64,000 nt of DNA, taken from Abditibacterium sp. GTDB taxonomy: Bacteria; Armatimonadota; Abditibacteriia; Abditibacteriales; Abditibacteriaceae. The first letter of the stretch is position 1, and every line of letters starts with the position of its first letter. The position numbers were made by a program, and so were the translations under genes. Under the pieces are notes generated by a model. It did not search any database. It saw only the letters and a list, made by a program, of their open reading frames with translations, and was not told where the DNA came from. The DNA lies in contig CBDASK010000003.1 in NCBI GenBank assembly GCA_965199495.1, positions 4,288,001 through 4,352,000 on the forward strand. Reading direction: 5' to 3'. Below are positions 34,784 to 49,609 of the stretch, one piece after another.

Positions 34784-35050
34784 CTATCTGTTATCAGTTA
34801 TCGTTAGTGGGAGGAAGTTGAAGCCGAATCGCCATACGCTCCATGCGAAGCGCTCGAACTCTGCCGCCATTTGCGCGCGGTCGTTTTCACGAGCCGTTTC
34901 GAGACGAACAATGCGAATTTCCAAATCTTGGATTTCATTGCTCATCGCGGCCAATTCTTCTGCCGTGCCACGCGTAGAACTTTCGAGGCGGTTAAGGGAA
35001 TCATCGATCAGAGCAAGCCTTTTCGCGTATTCCCAAGTGTCACTAATCAA
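34784..35050 (-). CDS. small coiled-coil hypothetical protein
   Basis: 88-aa ORF between rpoB and rpoC. Confidence 0.55.
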   Translation of the reverse strand: MISDTWEYAKRLALIDDSLNRLESSTRGTAEELAAMSNEIQDLEIRIVRLETARENDRAQMAAEFERFAWSVWRFGFNFLPLTITDNR

Positions 35051-35051
35051 C

Positions 35052-35309
35052 TCATTTCGCCGCCTTTTGTAGACGCTTTGCCTTTAGGTTCGTTAATGTT
35101 TCGTCCAGTTCATCCAGCGCACCGCATAAACGGGTTGCGCTGTTAGCGGCTTTTCGCGAGTTTTCCATCAGCGCATTCCATGCTTCTTGCTCTTCAGAAG
35201 AGAATTCGGCCTGCGGTTCCAGCGAATCGATATGAACCAAACGGCCAGCCTGTGGCCCGTCCATGACCATCGCGCGAATCGGTTGAGTTTGAGAAATGAT
35301 TGCTGCCAT
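35052..35309 (-). CDS. small hypothetical protein
   Basis: AGGAGG SD before ATG at 35309. Confidence 0.65.
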   Translation of the reverse strand: MAAIISQTQPIRAMVMDGPQAGRLVHIDSLEPQAEFSSEEQEAWNALMENSRKAANSATRLCGALDELDETLTNLKAKRLQKAAK

Positions 35310-35387
35310 CTGCGATTGCCTCCTGAGATTTGAATCGGTCAAACCGCGCATCGCCAGCCGAAGCTAACGATGCGTGGCTTTCGCAAT

Positions 35388-39599
<4,212 letters not shown>

Positions 39600-39845
39600 A
39601 AAATTATTGAGGAGTTTTTCTCGAAAAGTTCAAGAAAGAGGAGACGATTTGGGGAGACAAAGCGCAGTTAAAAGGCGCCGGGTTGCAAAGGATTCGCGGG
39701 CCATAGAATGTGGCTGGAATGGGTTTGCAGTGTCATAAAGGGGAAGTCGAAGCGATTGACGCGCGCAAAAGCGCGACAACGTAGTTCGGGAGAAGTCGTA
39801 TCGGACGCGCGACGCGAAGATCGGGTTCCGAAAGCACAACTCTTG

Positions 39846-39874
39846 ATTATAGGGATTGGAAAGAATTTTGTCAA
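39846..39874 (-). promoter_or_regulatory. consensus sigma70 promoter of rpoB
   Basis: TTGACA-N17-TATAAT, perfect match. Confidence 0.85.
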
Positions 39875-40110
39875 GAGGCCCGATAAGATTCCAAATTCAT
39901 CTTTGCTCTCATAATAAATTATGAATAGGGGAATACAACACCTAATCGCACGGCATTTGAATGCACGATGCGACAAGCCAAACCAGCCATCCTGCCAGCT
40001 AAATTTGGAAGTGATAGCCAGTGGGACGACCTTCTTGGGCCTCAGAATGACGAAATTTCAACTTTTCGAGAGAAATACCAGATTCCGCCACGAAGGTAAG
40101 CTGTGAAGTT

Positions 40111-40344
40111 TTAATCGGTTTCGCCGTGCTGAAATGTGCGAGGTGTCAGGCCATAGCAAGCGCGGAAGCCGCGAGCGAGATGAGCGGCGTCGGCAAAGAC
40201 CGTGTGTTGAGCGATGTGCGCGAGCGACCAATCGGTTTCGCGCAACAAAGCGCGCGCTTTTTCCAAACGCAAACGGCGGATGAATGCGGCGGGTGTCACT
40301 CCGAGTTCGCGCTTGAACCTTTGCGAGAAATGATTCGGTGACAA
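40111..40344 (-). pseudogene. AraC-type HTH fragment
   Basis: FSQRFKRELGVTP...RLEKARALLRETDWSLAHIA; N-terminal domain absent. Confidence 0.7.
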
Positions 40345-40802
40345 AAAAGCCGCGCCGCCAGTTGAGGCACGCTCAAATATTCCGAACTTTTCCGACGCTC
40401 ACCGATTGGAGCCAGAACGCCTCAGAAGGCATCAAATATTATTCTGGCAAAGCCGTTTACCGCGCCTCGTTCGACGTGGCTGCTCCCAAAGCGCCCGGCA
40501 CTTACAGCTTGTCGCTTGGAAGCGTCAAAAATCTGGCTTCGGTGCGTATCAACGGACGCGATTTGGGCAGCGTGTGGTGCGCGCCGTGGAGCGTGAACAT
40601 TCCTGCGGGCTTGCTCAAGCCAACGGGCAACCAACTGGAAGTCACCGTCGCCAACCTGTGGGTGAACCGGCTCATCGGCGACAACGACAAACCCGCCGAT
40701 CAACGTTTCACTTCCACGACGGTCGGAAAGGTTTTGTCGGAAAAAGATATACAACCGTCGGGCTTGCTCGGCCCGGTGACTTTGCAAAAAACGCCCGCGT
40801 AA
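40338..40802 (+). pseudogene. C-terminal fragment of a GH2/GH106-like glycoside hydrolase
   Basis: IKYYSG, VRINGRDLGSVWCAPW, VANLWVNRLIGD, SGLLGPV; no catalytic domain. Confidence 0.75.
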
Positions 40803-40897
40803 TGGAAACTTGGATATTATCTCACATCGTGTGCATCACGGCGCACCGTAATGGCAGACTTGGGAACTTAAGCAAAGCCCACTCAACAGAAACCCTC

Positions 40898-41302
40898 ATG
40901 AATTTCATATCAGTCAGAATTATCACCAACGACATCAATGGTATGGTCGCCTTCTACGAACGCGTGATGGCGATGAACGCCGACCGACCCGTGCCCACGT
41001 TCGCGGAGTTCCGCACCGGGGTTGCGACCTTGGCTATCGGCAGCATCGAAACCTTGCAACCCTTCGGTGGCACCGATGTCGCCTCGCCTGCCGCGAACAG
41101 CAGCGCGATCCTCGAGTTTCAGGTGGACGACGTTGACGCGGACTATCGGCAACTCGCCGACCTGATCGGCGATGGGCTGGTGCAGGAACCGACGACGATG
41201 CCCTGGGGCAACCGCTCGCTTCTTTTCCGCGACCCGGACGGCAATTTGGTCAACCTGTTCACCCCGGTGACGGCTGAGGCCATTGCTAAATTTGCGAGGT
41301 GA
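40898..41302 (+). CDS. VOC/glyoxalase family protein
   Basis: LEFQVDDVDA, PWGNRSLLFRDPDGN. Confidence 0.9.
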   Translation: MNFISVRIITNDINGMVAFYERVMAMNADRPVPTFAEFRTGVATLAIGSIETLQPFGGTDVASPAANSSAILEFQVDDVDADYRQLADLIGDGLVQEPTTMPWGNRSLLFRDPDGNLVNLFTPVTAEAIAKFAR

Positions 41303-41317
41303 CGCCAAGAACTTATG

Positions 41318-41377
41318 TCTTAACAGCGGTCTCGCAGGGGCATGGCTTGCCATGCCCCTGCGAGACCGCTGTTAAGA
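41318..41377. repeat. near-perfect 60-bp palindrome (REP-like)
   Basis: TCTTAACAGCGGTCTCGCAGGGGCATGGC-TT-GCCATGCCCCTGCGAGACCGCTGTTAAGA. Confidence 0.85.
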
Positions 41378-41645
41378 TACGCTTTAGGCATCCAACCCAA
41401 CCGAGGCACTCGTAGCGGATCGCTATCAATCGTCGTGGGCGCAGTCGCTCAGTCGGGCTTGCTCGGCCCGGTAACTTTGCAAAAAACGCCCGCGTAACGG
41501 CCCCCTTTGGGTTATCGATATTTGACGACACTTGTTTAATCGCTCACAATACATAGATTTTCTGTTGTTTACGTCTTCTCGAACCCAACTTAATGTCATG
41601 TTTCAAAGCGCGATTTTCCCAAATACGGTTAAATATAACTAAGCG

Positions 41646-42665
41646 ATGTCCGTTTCTTCTTCCCCGATAATTCCGCCATTCGACGCGATTCGCGCGGCGA
41701 TTGAGCGCAACCAAACTTTCTATATCACGACTCACGTCGGCCCCGATGGCGATGCGATTGGCCCGGCGCTGGCGCTCAAAACTGCGCTCGAAAATATCGG
41801 CAAAACCGTGACCTACGTGTCGCGCGATGGCGTGCCGCAGTCGAGCCAATTCGTGGCGCGCGCCGATCAAGTTTCGTTGTCGGTGCCCGAAGGCGCGCGT
41901 TTCGATTGCGCATTTGTGCTTGATTGCGATGGCACGCCCGCGCGCGTGGCTTCGGCTTACGAACCGATTAGCGGCGCCAAAGAGCGCGTGATGATCGATC
42001 ACCATCGCACGTCGAAGCCGATATTTGAGACGAATTGGATTGACCCGTCGCAGGCAGCCACGGCGATGATGGTTTATCAGTTGTTGCGCCATTTCGAGTG
42101 GCCGATTGACGCGGGCATGGCGCAGGGATTATTGATGGGTTTGTCGTGCGATACCGGCCATTTTCGTTTTGATAATACCTCCGCCGAAGTTTTGGCGGCG
42201 GCGGCCTATTTGGTCGAGCGCGGCGCCGATCCGGCGCAAATCGCCTTTAAGTTGTTCGATGAGCGCTCGTTTATTTCGACGCAGTTGCTGGGAATCGCGC
42301 TTTCTAAAATGCAGTCGGCCAGCGCGGGCCAATTGGTGTGGACGGATTTAACTTACCAAGATTTTTTGAGCGTGGGCGCGACCGATGAAAGCGTTGAGAA
42401 TGTGGTGAATTTCCTGCGTTATTGCAAGGGCGCGCGCTTCGCGATTATTTTTCGCGAGCGCCGCGATGAAAATGGCGTGACGGCCAGCATGAGCGTGCGC
42501 AGCGTGCCGGAACTGCGCGCCGATCTGTTCGCTAACGAATTCGGCGGTGGCGGTCACGCCGTGGCGGCGGGCTTTCGGATTAAGGGCAATTTTGAGCGCA
42601 ACGTCGAGGAAGTTTTGGAGCGCGCGCAGGAATGGCTCGAAGAGGAACATGAGCCGGTCTCCTAA
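41646..42665 (+). CDS. nrnA: DHH/DHHA1 phosphoesterase (nanoRNase/pAp phosphatase)
   Basis: HVGPDGDAIG, IDHH, DTG, GGGH; upstream of truB. Confidence 0.88.
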   Translation: MSVSSSPIIPPFDAIRAAIERNQTFYITTHVGPDGDAIGPALALKTALENIGKTVTYVSRDGVPQSSQFVARADQVSLSVPEGARFDCAFVLDCDGTPARVASAYEPISGAKERVMIDHHRTSKPIFETNWIDPSQAATAMMVYQLLRHFEWPIDAGMAQGLLMGLSCDTGHFRFDNTSAEVLAAAAYLVERGADPAQIAFKLFDERSFISTQLLGIALSKMQSASAGQLVWTDLTYQDFLSVGATDESVENVVNFLRYCKGARFAIIFRERRDENGVTASMSVRSVPELRADLFANEFGGGGHAVAAGFRIKGNFERNVEEVLERAQEWLEEEHEPVS

Positions 42666-42668
42666 AAT

Positions 42669-43547
42669 ATGTTGTATCACGGAGTTCTCAATTTATTAAA
42701 ACCGCCCGGCATGACCAGCCACGACGCCGTGGCTCATGTGCGGCGCGTGCTGAAAACCAAGCGAGTAGGGCACACTGGCACGCTCGATCCAGCGGCGGCG
42801 GGCGTGTTGCCGATTTGCGTTGGTTTGGCGACGCGCTTGGTTGAGGTGCTGCAAGAAGGCACCAAAGAGTATTTGGCTGAAGCGACTTTTGGTTATGAAA
42901 CAGACACGCTCGATGCTGTTGGCGAAACGATTCGCGAATGCGATGCGAAAGATTTAACTATTGAACAATTGGAACGCGCGTGCGAAAAATTTCGTGGCGA
43001 AATACAGCAGCAACCGCCGTTGCATTCGGCAATAAAAATCGGCGGACAAAAGCTGTATGACATCGCGCGCGCGGGCGGCGACATCGAAATTCCCACGCGT
43101 TCGGTCACGATTTCGGCGCTCGAAATCACGCGCTTTTTCGCGGGCGAGCGGCCCCGCGCGTTTTTGCGCATCGAATGTTCAGGCGGCACTTACATTCGTT
43201 CGCTGGTGCGCGACATCGGGCGCGAATTGAACAACGCGGCGACGATGACTTTTTTGACGCGGACGCGCGTGGGCGAATTTGAACTTAGCGAAACTGTGAC
43301 TCCGCAAGAATTCGAGAGTCAGCCGAATTTGATGCCATTGCCCAAAATGCTGGTGCAACTTTACGGAGCCGCTCATGTTGACGATGAACAAACGACGGCT
43401 TTGTGGCAAGGCAAACAAATTCGCGGTGATTTCGGCGAAAATGCCATTGGATTATGGAGTAATAGAGAACAAAATATCTTTGCTCTGGCGTCATCGGATA
43501 ATGCGGGGAATTGGAAGCCAATCAAGGTTTTCGATTTGCGAGTTTGA
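42669..43547 (+). CDS. truB: tRNA pseudouridine-55 synthase
   Basis: KPPGMTSHD, GHTGTLDP, CSGGTYIRSL. Confidence 0.97.
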   Translation: MLYHGVLNLLKPPGMTSHDAVAHVRRVLKTKRVGHTGTLDPAAAGVLPICVGLATRLVEVLQEGTKEYLAEATFGYETDTLDAVGETIRECDAKDLTIEQLERACEKFRGEIQQQPPLHSAIKIGGQKLYDIARAGGDIEIPTRSVTISALEITRFFAGERPRAFLRIECSGGTYIRSLVRDIGRELNNAATMTFLTRTRVGEFELSETVTPQEFESQPNLMPLPKMLVQLYGAAHVDDEQTTALWQGKQIRGDFGENAIGLWSNREQNIFALASSDNAGNWKPIKVFDLRV

Positions 43548-43574
43548 GCGGCGAAAGTTCCGTATTCATTGAAA

Positions 43575-44495
43575 ATGCAAGTTCACCGCGTTCTTCCCAC
43601 TCACAAAATTCTCGATAAATGTGCGCTCACCATTGGCACGTTCGATGGCGTTCATCGCGGGCATCAAGCATTAATTGGTCGTCTCAAAGAAGAAGCGGAT
43701 GCGCGCGGTTTACAAACGGTGGCTTTGACTTTTGATGATATGCCGATTTGTCTGTTGCGTCCCGAAGTCTGTCCGCTGCTGTTGACTTTGGCCGAGGAAA
43801 AAATCGCGGCCTTTGCCCAAACTCCGCTCGACCATTTGTTTATCGTGCCGTTCACGCGCGAAATCGCCGGGCAGGGCGCCCGCGAGTGGATGCAAAGTTG
43901 GGTTGATAACATCGGATTAAAATTATTCGTTGGTGGCCCCGATTTCGCTTTGGGCCGCAACCGCGAGGGCACTATTGATCAACTGGCTCTGTTAGGCAAA
44001 GAGCTGGGATTCGAGGCATTATCTCTCGCTGGAAAATTGTTGGAGGGTGATTTCCCCATCAGTTCAACGCGTTGCCGCCAGATCATAGAACGCGGCGAGG
44101 TCGAACGTTCGACGGCGTTTTTGAATCGTCCCTATCGTTTGAGCGGTCACGTTGTCGCTGGCCAACGGTTGGGCCGCACCATCGGGTTTCCCACGATTAA
44201 TATCGAGCCAGACTCTCGCAAATGTCTGCCGTCTCACGGCGTTTATGCCGTGCGCGTTTCATGGAATAGCCAAACTTTCCCCGCCGCTCTTAATATCGGG
44301 ATGCGACCCACAGTCAATGGGTTGAACCGTCAAATCGAGTTCCATGTTCTCCATCAAATCATTGATATTGCCCCCACGCAGGTCGAAATCGAGTTCGTCG
44401 CGCGCATGCGAGACGAACATAAATTTCCCGATTTGAACGCACTCAAGACGCAGTTGAAATTAGACGTGGAGCAAGCCCAAGAAATCCTTCGTTGA
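43575..44495 (+). CDS. ribF: riboflavin kinase/FAD synthetase
   Basis: IGTFDGVHRGH, ISST, GRTIGFPTIN. Confidence 0.96.
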   Translation: MQVHRVLPTHKILDKCALTIGTFDGVHRGHQALIGRLKEEADARGLQTVALTFDDMPICLLRPEVCPLLLTLAEEKIAAFAQTPLDHLFIVPFTREIAGQGAREWMQSWVDNIGLKLFVGGPDFALGRNREGTIDQLALLGKELGFEALSLAGKLLEGDFPISSTRCRQIIERGEVERSTAFLNRPYRLSGHVVAGQRLGRTIGFPTINIEPDSRKCLPSHGVYAVRVSWNSQTFPAALNIGMRPTVNGLNRQIEFHVLHQIIDIAPTQVEIEFVARMRDEHKFPDLNALKTQLKLDVEQAQEILR

Positions 44496-44600
44496 AGCAA
44501 TCCGAAGCAGCCATCTCACGCATATTTTCACTTCATTCGCTCACAATACAAATGGAAAAGTGTGCGGTAGCTTTTGCGGTATCTTTTATAGAAGCGTCCG

Positions 44601-45728
44601 CTATTTCATCTTCGTCAGAGCTTTTTCCACACAATCTGCAAGTAATACTTCAGCATTTGTAATGCAATACTCCCTTGTCTTTGAGCCGTCGTTAAGCGCG
44701 AATGCTGACTTTATTCCAAGGATTTTCAGTGTCGCAACATCTAGCTCGACTTGACCGGCGAAACCGATAACTGGAATGGCCTGTTGTCGCGCCGCATTGC
44801 AAACGCCGACAATAGATTTTCCGCTGAGGGTTTGCGAGTCAATTGAACCTTCTCCCGTTAAAATTAGGTCAGCCTTTCGTATTTTATCCGTGAAATTCGC
44901 ATACTTCAACACGAAATTAATGCCCGACTGAAATTTTACGTGCGGACAAAAGGCCATCAACCCGAATCCAATGCCTCCCGCTGCTCCCGCGCCCGCGACG
45001 TGGCTGTGATTTGTGCCGGTCATCTCTGCCACGACTTTGGATAAGTTTATTAACCCTTCATCCAGCACAATAATTTCGTCTGGTGTCGCCCCTTTTTGGG
45101 CGGCGTAAACCCAGGCCGCTCCGTCTGGGCCGTAAAGAGGATTCGTGACATCGCATAATATCGTGAATTTGGTTTTGCTCAAGCGCGCGTCGAAAAATTG
45201 GAGATCAAGGGTTGCCAATTGTTTCAATGAGCCACCGCCGGGTGGTAGAACCCGTGATTGTTCGTCGCGTGCGAATAATCCCAGCACGCTCAGCGCTCCG
45301 ATTCCGCCGTCGGTGGTAGCGCTGCCACCGACGGCCAGCACGATTTCGCGACATCCCGCGTTGAGCGCAGCTTTAATTAGCTGTCCTGTGCCAAATGATG
45401 AAGCTGCTAAAGCGTTGCGATGAGCAGGGGTAACTAAGCCAAGCCCAGAAGCTGCGGCCATCTCGATAATGGCGTGTCCATCGTCGGTCGAAATACCCCA
45501 ACGGGCTTCGACCATTTTGCCCGCAGGATTTTTGACGCGCTCCGTTTTGAGCAGTACATTGCCATGAGTTGATAGCGCTTCAAGAGTTCCTTCGCCGCCG
45601 TCAGCCAAGGGCACGCTAAGAATTTCCGCATCGGGAAAGACACGGCGTGCGCCCGATTCCATAGCGTGGGCGGCTTGCCGGGCCGTCATTGAGCCTTTGA
45701 AACTATCGGGCGCCACCACGATTTTCAT
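44601..45728 (-). CDS. glycerate kinase
   Basis: MKIVVAPDSFKGS, ADGGEGT, GGSATTDGG, GAGAAGG. Confidence 0.93.
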   Translation of the reverse strand: MKIVVAPDSFKGSMTARQAAHAMESGARRVFPDAEILSVPLADGGEGTLEALSTHGNVLLKTERVKNPAGKMVEARWGISTDDGHAIIEMAAASGLGLVTPAHRNALAASSFGTGQLIKAALNAGCREIVLAVGGSATTDGGIGALSVLGLFARDEQSRVLPPGGGSLKQLATLDLQFFDARLSKTKFTILCDVTNPLYGPDGAAWVYAAQKGATPDEIIVLDEGLINLSKVVAEMTGTNHSHVAGAGAAGGIGFGLMAFCPHVKFQSGINFVLKYANFTDKIRKADLILTGEGSIDSQTLSGKSIVGVCNAARQQAIPVIGFAGQVELDVATLKILGIKSAFALNDGSKTREYCITNAEVLLADCVEKALTKMK

Positions 45729-46873
45729 AATTTTTGCGCGTTGTCTATTTCCAAACCCATCTCCGAGGCCCATTGGCGATAGGCATAAGGCGAGATTTCG
45801 CTGGGCTTGATCTCGGAACGACCGCCCCAGAAAACATTGGTGTAGAGCAGGGGAATTCCCACCTTTTCCAAGTGTTCATCAATGGCGGCTTTGTGGGCTA
45901 ACACCAAATCTTTGTCGGTTCCATGAGCCACGCCCATGATATTGACGCCCTTGAAATCGGGGCCGCCCTCGCGCCAGTAAGCATGAGTCATAATATGAAA
46001 ACGCCCCACTTCCTTGCCCGCCTCGATTTCGCGACCGATGGGGACTTTCCAGTGAAAGAGCGCGTTGAATTTGGTGACGCGCTCGCCCGAATCCAGTTTT
46101 TTGGTGTGTTCCAAAAACGTCGAAAAGCGACCGATAACGCGGCGCTGGTTGAGTTGGCGCGCGATTTCGACGAATTCATCCAGGGGCAAGCCCGCTTCGT
46201 CGGCCCGCGTTTGCCAGAGATTGGCGCGGATTTCGTCGGGTTCGAGTTCACGTTTGAGGGCTTCCAAAACGCGCCATTCCAAGGGAGAAAGTTCGGCAAT
46301 TGCTGTGTCCATCACGCGCGTGGGTTCGTCCGACTTGGCGCCGGGTTCGAGCAGACGCCGCCGGACGTGCCCAACACCTAAGGCGAAAAGCCGGTTGGCG
46401 GGCATCAATTTGTAGGCGGTGGCTCCGGTTTGATCCATCAAAAATTCGCAGTGGCGCTCCATGCTATAAGGACGCGGAATTTTTAGTGTCGTCCACAAAC
46501 GATAACGCGCTCCGGCAATGGCCGAATCGGTCGTGCGAATGACGACGTGGCCGCTAAAGGGATCGCGCTCAAACATCCAGTTGAAGGCGTCGTTGAGTTT
46601 CTCTTCGGGCACCTGCCACGCGACCAGAGAACCCGGCGCGAGGTTGGTCGCCATCAAAGTCTGGCGCACGCGGCGGATGGTGCCCGCTTCGAGCATGGCC
46701 CGAATCCGCTCCAAAACGAGGGATTCCGGTAAATTGGCGGCGCGGGCGATTTCGCCAAAGGGATCGGGCGAGAATCCTTGAACCTTGTCTTCCGACACGC
46801 TCAAAATCTGAGCGTTAATCGGATCGGTCGTTGAGGTGGGAAGGGAAGAAAGGGTTTGTGACATATTGAGCAT
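45725..46873 (-). CDS. Lrp/AsnC-like tandem protein (AhbA/AhbB or NirDL siroheme decarboxylase-like)
   Basis: Two HTH plus alpha/beta units with GHVVIR and THAYWR motifs. Confidence 0.7.
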   Translation of the reverse strand: MLNMSQTLSSLPTSTTDPINAQILSVSEDKVQGFSPDPFGEIARAANLPESLVLERIRAMLEAGTIRRVRQTLMATNLAPGSLVAWQVPEEKLNDAFNWMFERDPFSGHVVIRTTDSAIAGARYRLWTTLKIPRPYSMERHCEFLMDQTGATAYKLMPANRLFALGVGHVRRRLLEPGAKSDEPTRVMDTAIAELSPLEWRVLEALKRELEPDEIRANLWQTRADEAGLPLDEFVEIARQLNQRRVIGRFSTFLEHTKKLDSGERVTKFNALFHWKVPIGREIEAGKEVGRFHIMTHAYWREGGPDFKGVNIMGVAHGTDKDLVLAHKAAIDEHLEKVGIPLLYTNVFWGGRSEIKPSEISPYAYRQWASEMGLEIDNAQKL

Positions 46874-46890
46874 TGCACCTCTATTGCGGT

Positions 46891-48093
46891 TTACGATTGT
46901 AAGAGTTCCTCGACTGCCGCGACCATCGCGCGCGCGCCCAGAAAAAGCGCGCTTTCATCGATATTAAAGCGCGGGTGATGATGGGGCCACACGGCGCCGC
47001 TGGCCTCGGCGCGACCGCCCACGAAAAAATAACAGCCGGGAATTTGTTGGAGCACCAGCGACATATCTTCAGCGCCCATCGTCGGCTCAAAAGGTTGGAC
47101 GTTGCCCGCACCCGCCACGCGCTGGAATACGGGCAACAGGCGTGCTGTGACCTCTTCGTTGTTGACCGTGGCTGGGTAGCCGGGAAAAAATTGCCACTCG
47201 CCCTGCGCGCCAAAAGCCTTTGGCAGCGTTTCCACGATCTGGCGCGCGCGTTCTTGAAGAGTCGTGCGCACCGATTCATGGAAAGAGCGCAGCGTGCCTT
47301 CCATCCGGGCTTCGCCGGGAATAACATTAAAAGCCGTTCCACTTTGGAGGCTTCCGATGGTGATAACTGCCGAGTCAAGCGGTTTGATATTTCGGGCGAC
47401 AATGGTTTGCAGCGCCCCAATGACTTGAGCAGCCACGACGATGGCGTCGGTCGTCTGCTGGGGCATCGCGCCGTGGCCACCTTTGCCGGTAATTTGGATG
47501 CGAAACTCATCGGAGGCCGCCATCACCGGGCCGGGCGCAAGGCCGATAGTGCCCGCCTCGATTTCGCTCCAGACGTGCAGGGCAAGCGCGTAGTCGGGCC
47601 GGGGGTTCTCTAATAATCCCGCGTCAATCATTTTGCCCGCGCCGCCTAAACCTTCCTCGGCGGGCTGAAACATAAATTTCACGGTGCCGTGCAGTTGCTC
47701 GCGTTTTTCTGAAAGTAGTCGGGCGACCGTAAGGCCAATGGCCATGTGGCAATCGTGGCCGCAGGCGTGCATGGCGCCGGAAGTTTTCGATTTCCATTCC
47801 CATTGAGTGTCTTCTTCGATGGGCAGGGCATCCATGTCGGCGCGCACCAGCACGCAGGGGCCACTCTGGGCGCCACGCAATAGACCGATAACGCCGGTTA
47901 CGCCAACATTTTCAGTGACTTCGTAACCTAACTCTCGTAGTCTTTGCGCGATGATGCCCGCGCTGCGAACCTCGTGATAACCCAATTCGGGGTGCGCATG
48001 AAAATCTCGTCTGAGCGCCACGATGTCCTGCTCCCACGGCAAAGAGAGGTCGGGAATTCCAGCGATATTCAATAATTCAGGGGCAAATGACAT
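46891..48093 (-). CDS. M20D family amidohydrolase
   Basis: HPELG, RADMDALP, MHACGHD, QPAEE, AEDM. Confidence 0.93.
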   Translation of the reverse strand: MSFAPELLNIAGIPDLSLPWEQDIVALRRDFHAHPELGYHEVRSAGIIAQRLRELGYEVTENVGVTGVIGLLRGAQSGPCVLVRADMDALPIEEDTQWEWKSKTSGAMHACGHDCHMAIGLTVARLLSEKREQLHGTVKFMFQPAEEGLGGAGKMIDAGLLENPRPDYALALHVWSEIEAGTIGLAPGPVMAASDEFRIQITGKGGHGAMPQQTTDAIVVAAQVIGALQTIVARNIKPLDSAVITIGSLQSGTAFNVIPGEARMEGTLRSFHESVRTTLQERARQIVETLPKAFGAQGEWQFFPGYPATVNNEEVTARLLPVFQRVAGAGNVQPFEPTMGAEDMSLVLQQIPGCYFFVGGRAEASGAVWPHHHPRFNIDESALFLGARAMVAAVEELLQS

Positions 48094-48308
48094 GGGTTTT
48101 AGTTTAATTCAAAGTCACTGCCACTAAGACATCGGAATCAACGATTCAATAATAATCTGCTTAGTCGCTCACAATACAAGTCCTTATATGTGATTAAAGT
48201 TTGATCTGAGACGTGAATCCTTAAAATATTCTATCAAAGTAAAATGATGGGGTATGATATGAGATGAATAGAGTAGATTGGCTGTTTTGGCTGTTGAGGA
48301 ATACGAAA

Positions 48309-49343
48309 TCACACCTCGATATCGATGAAGTTGGCCGGATTATTGGCGACCCGCGCCACCGCTTTAACGTAGAGTTCCGTTGATTCTATGTCGACATGGC
48401 CCATCGCGTCCTTGAGATGCTCGACTTTGGCACCGCCAGAAACCGAGAGAGTTCCAAACGTGTGGCGCAGGGCATGACAAGAAACTCCCACTCTTTTCAA
48501 GGAGGCTTCATTAAGGTAATAGTCAACGATTTCGTTGAGTGAACGCCGTGATATTCTTTCGCCGCGCGAGCGGTTGGAAAGTGAAATAAAACAGGCACCC
48601 TCGGCAGGAAAACCGGCTTTATGCTTGGAGACCAGGTAATCTCTGACGACGTTATAGGTATCGGGACGCAGGTATATCTGCCGCATGCGGTTCGCTTTGC
48701 CTCGCACTTCAACGGAAACCAAATCGTCCTGAATGACCACGGACTTTTCATCCATTCTTTCCACTTCGATTCTCCTCAGACCATGAATGGCCATCAGGGC
48801 GATAATCGCGCGGTCACGTTTGCCAATTAAGGTATCAACGGGAACAGCGTCCATCAAGCGCGAGAGGGCGCCCGCCGTCAAGGACTTGATCTTCTCTTCG
48901 CCCGGCGTCTGATCTTTGCCGCCGCGCACACCTACCGCCGGGTTATCCTCGCGCAATCCCGCCTCGACGGCGGAATCATAAAACCTTCTGACAATTGACA
49001 ATTTGTGCGAACGCGTATTGATACGCAAGCCCTGCTGCTTCATCTCCTCGCGATACATCTCGATGTGGATGCGCCGGGCTTGCGCCGGGTCTATGTTATG
49101 ACGGTTGCACCATTGCACCCAGAAATCAATTTCGCGGTAGTAAGCCCGAATCGTATCATCGGTGGCGTCGCCCTGCGCGATGTGAATTTGCACGAACCGT
49201 GAGAACGCGGTAAAAATATCGTCGGTCTGCTCATCATTGCCAACGACATTCGCCGTGGCTGCATCAGAGGCACGACTGGTTTTGCGCACGGGAAATTCCC
49301 TCTCGAAAGGATCGGAAAATTCGTTGGACTCTTGTTTGGGCAT
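48309..49343 (-). CDS. tyrosine recombinase (XerC/D-like)
   Basis: RDRAI...GLRRIE, GK, HALRHT, MGH, Y. Confidence 0.92.
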   Translation of the reverse strand: MPKQESNEFSDPFEREFPVRKTSRASDAATANVVGNDEQTDDIFTAFSRFVQIHIAQGDATDDTIRAYYREIDFWVQWCNRHNIDPAQARRIHIEMYREEMKQQGLRINTRSHKLSIVRRFYDSAVEAGLREDNPAVGVRGGKDQTPGEEKIKSLTAGALSRLMDAVPVDTLIGKRDRAIIALMAIHGLRRIEVERMDEKSVVIQDDLVSVEVRGKANRMRQIYLRPDTYNVVRDYLVSKHKAGFPAEGACFISLSNRSRGERISRRSLNEIVDYYLNEASLKRVGVSCHALRHTFGTLSVSGGAKVEHLKDAMGHVDIESTELYVKAVARVANNPANFIDIEV

Positions 49344-49609
49344 AACTTAAATTATACTCGATACTTTCTTCCCCAATTATGGGGATAATCGGGCTTGAAT
49401 TTGAAGAACCCACAAACCAACTCAAACCAACTACGAAATTCTCAAGAAATGCTCGCTTTTGAGAAGATATAAACTAACTCGTTTTTGACATGAAAAGCTG
49501 AATGTCCAACTTTACACAATTCCCATTTTGACAGGTTGAAACTTTTGGACGTTTAAAGTTATCGGTAAAAGGAAATTGAAGTCAACTTTTTGTATTAAGC
49601 TATATTAAG

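Noticed and set aside
40406..40897. N-terminal extension of the VOC protein
   Set aside because: Overlaps the GH fragment frame; the VOC domain begins at ATG 40898
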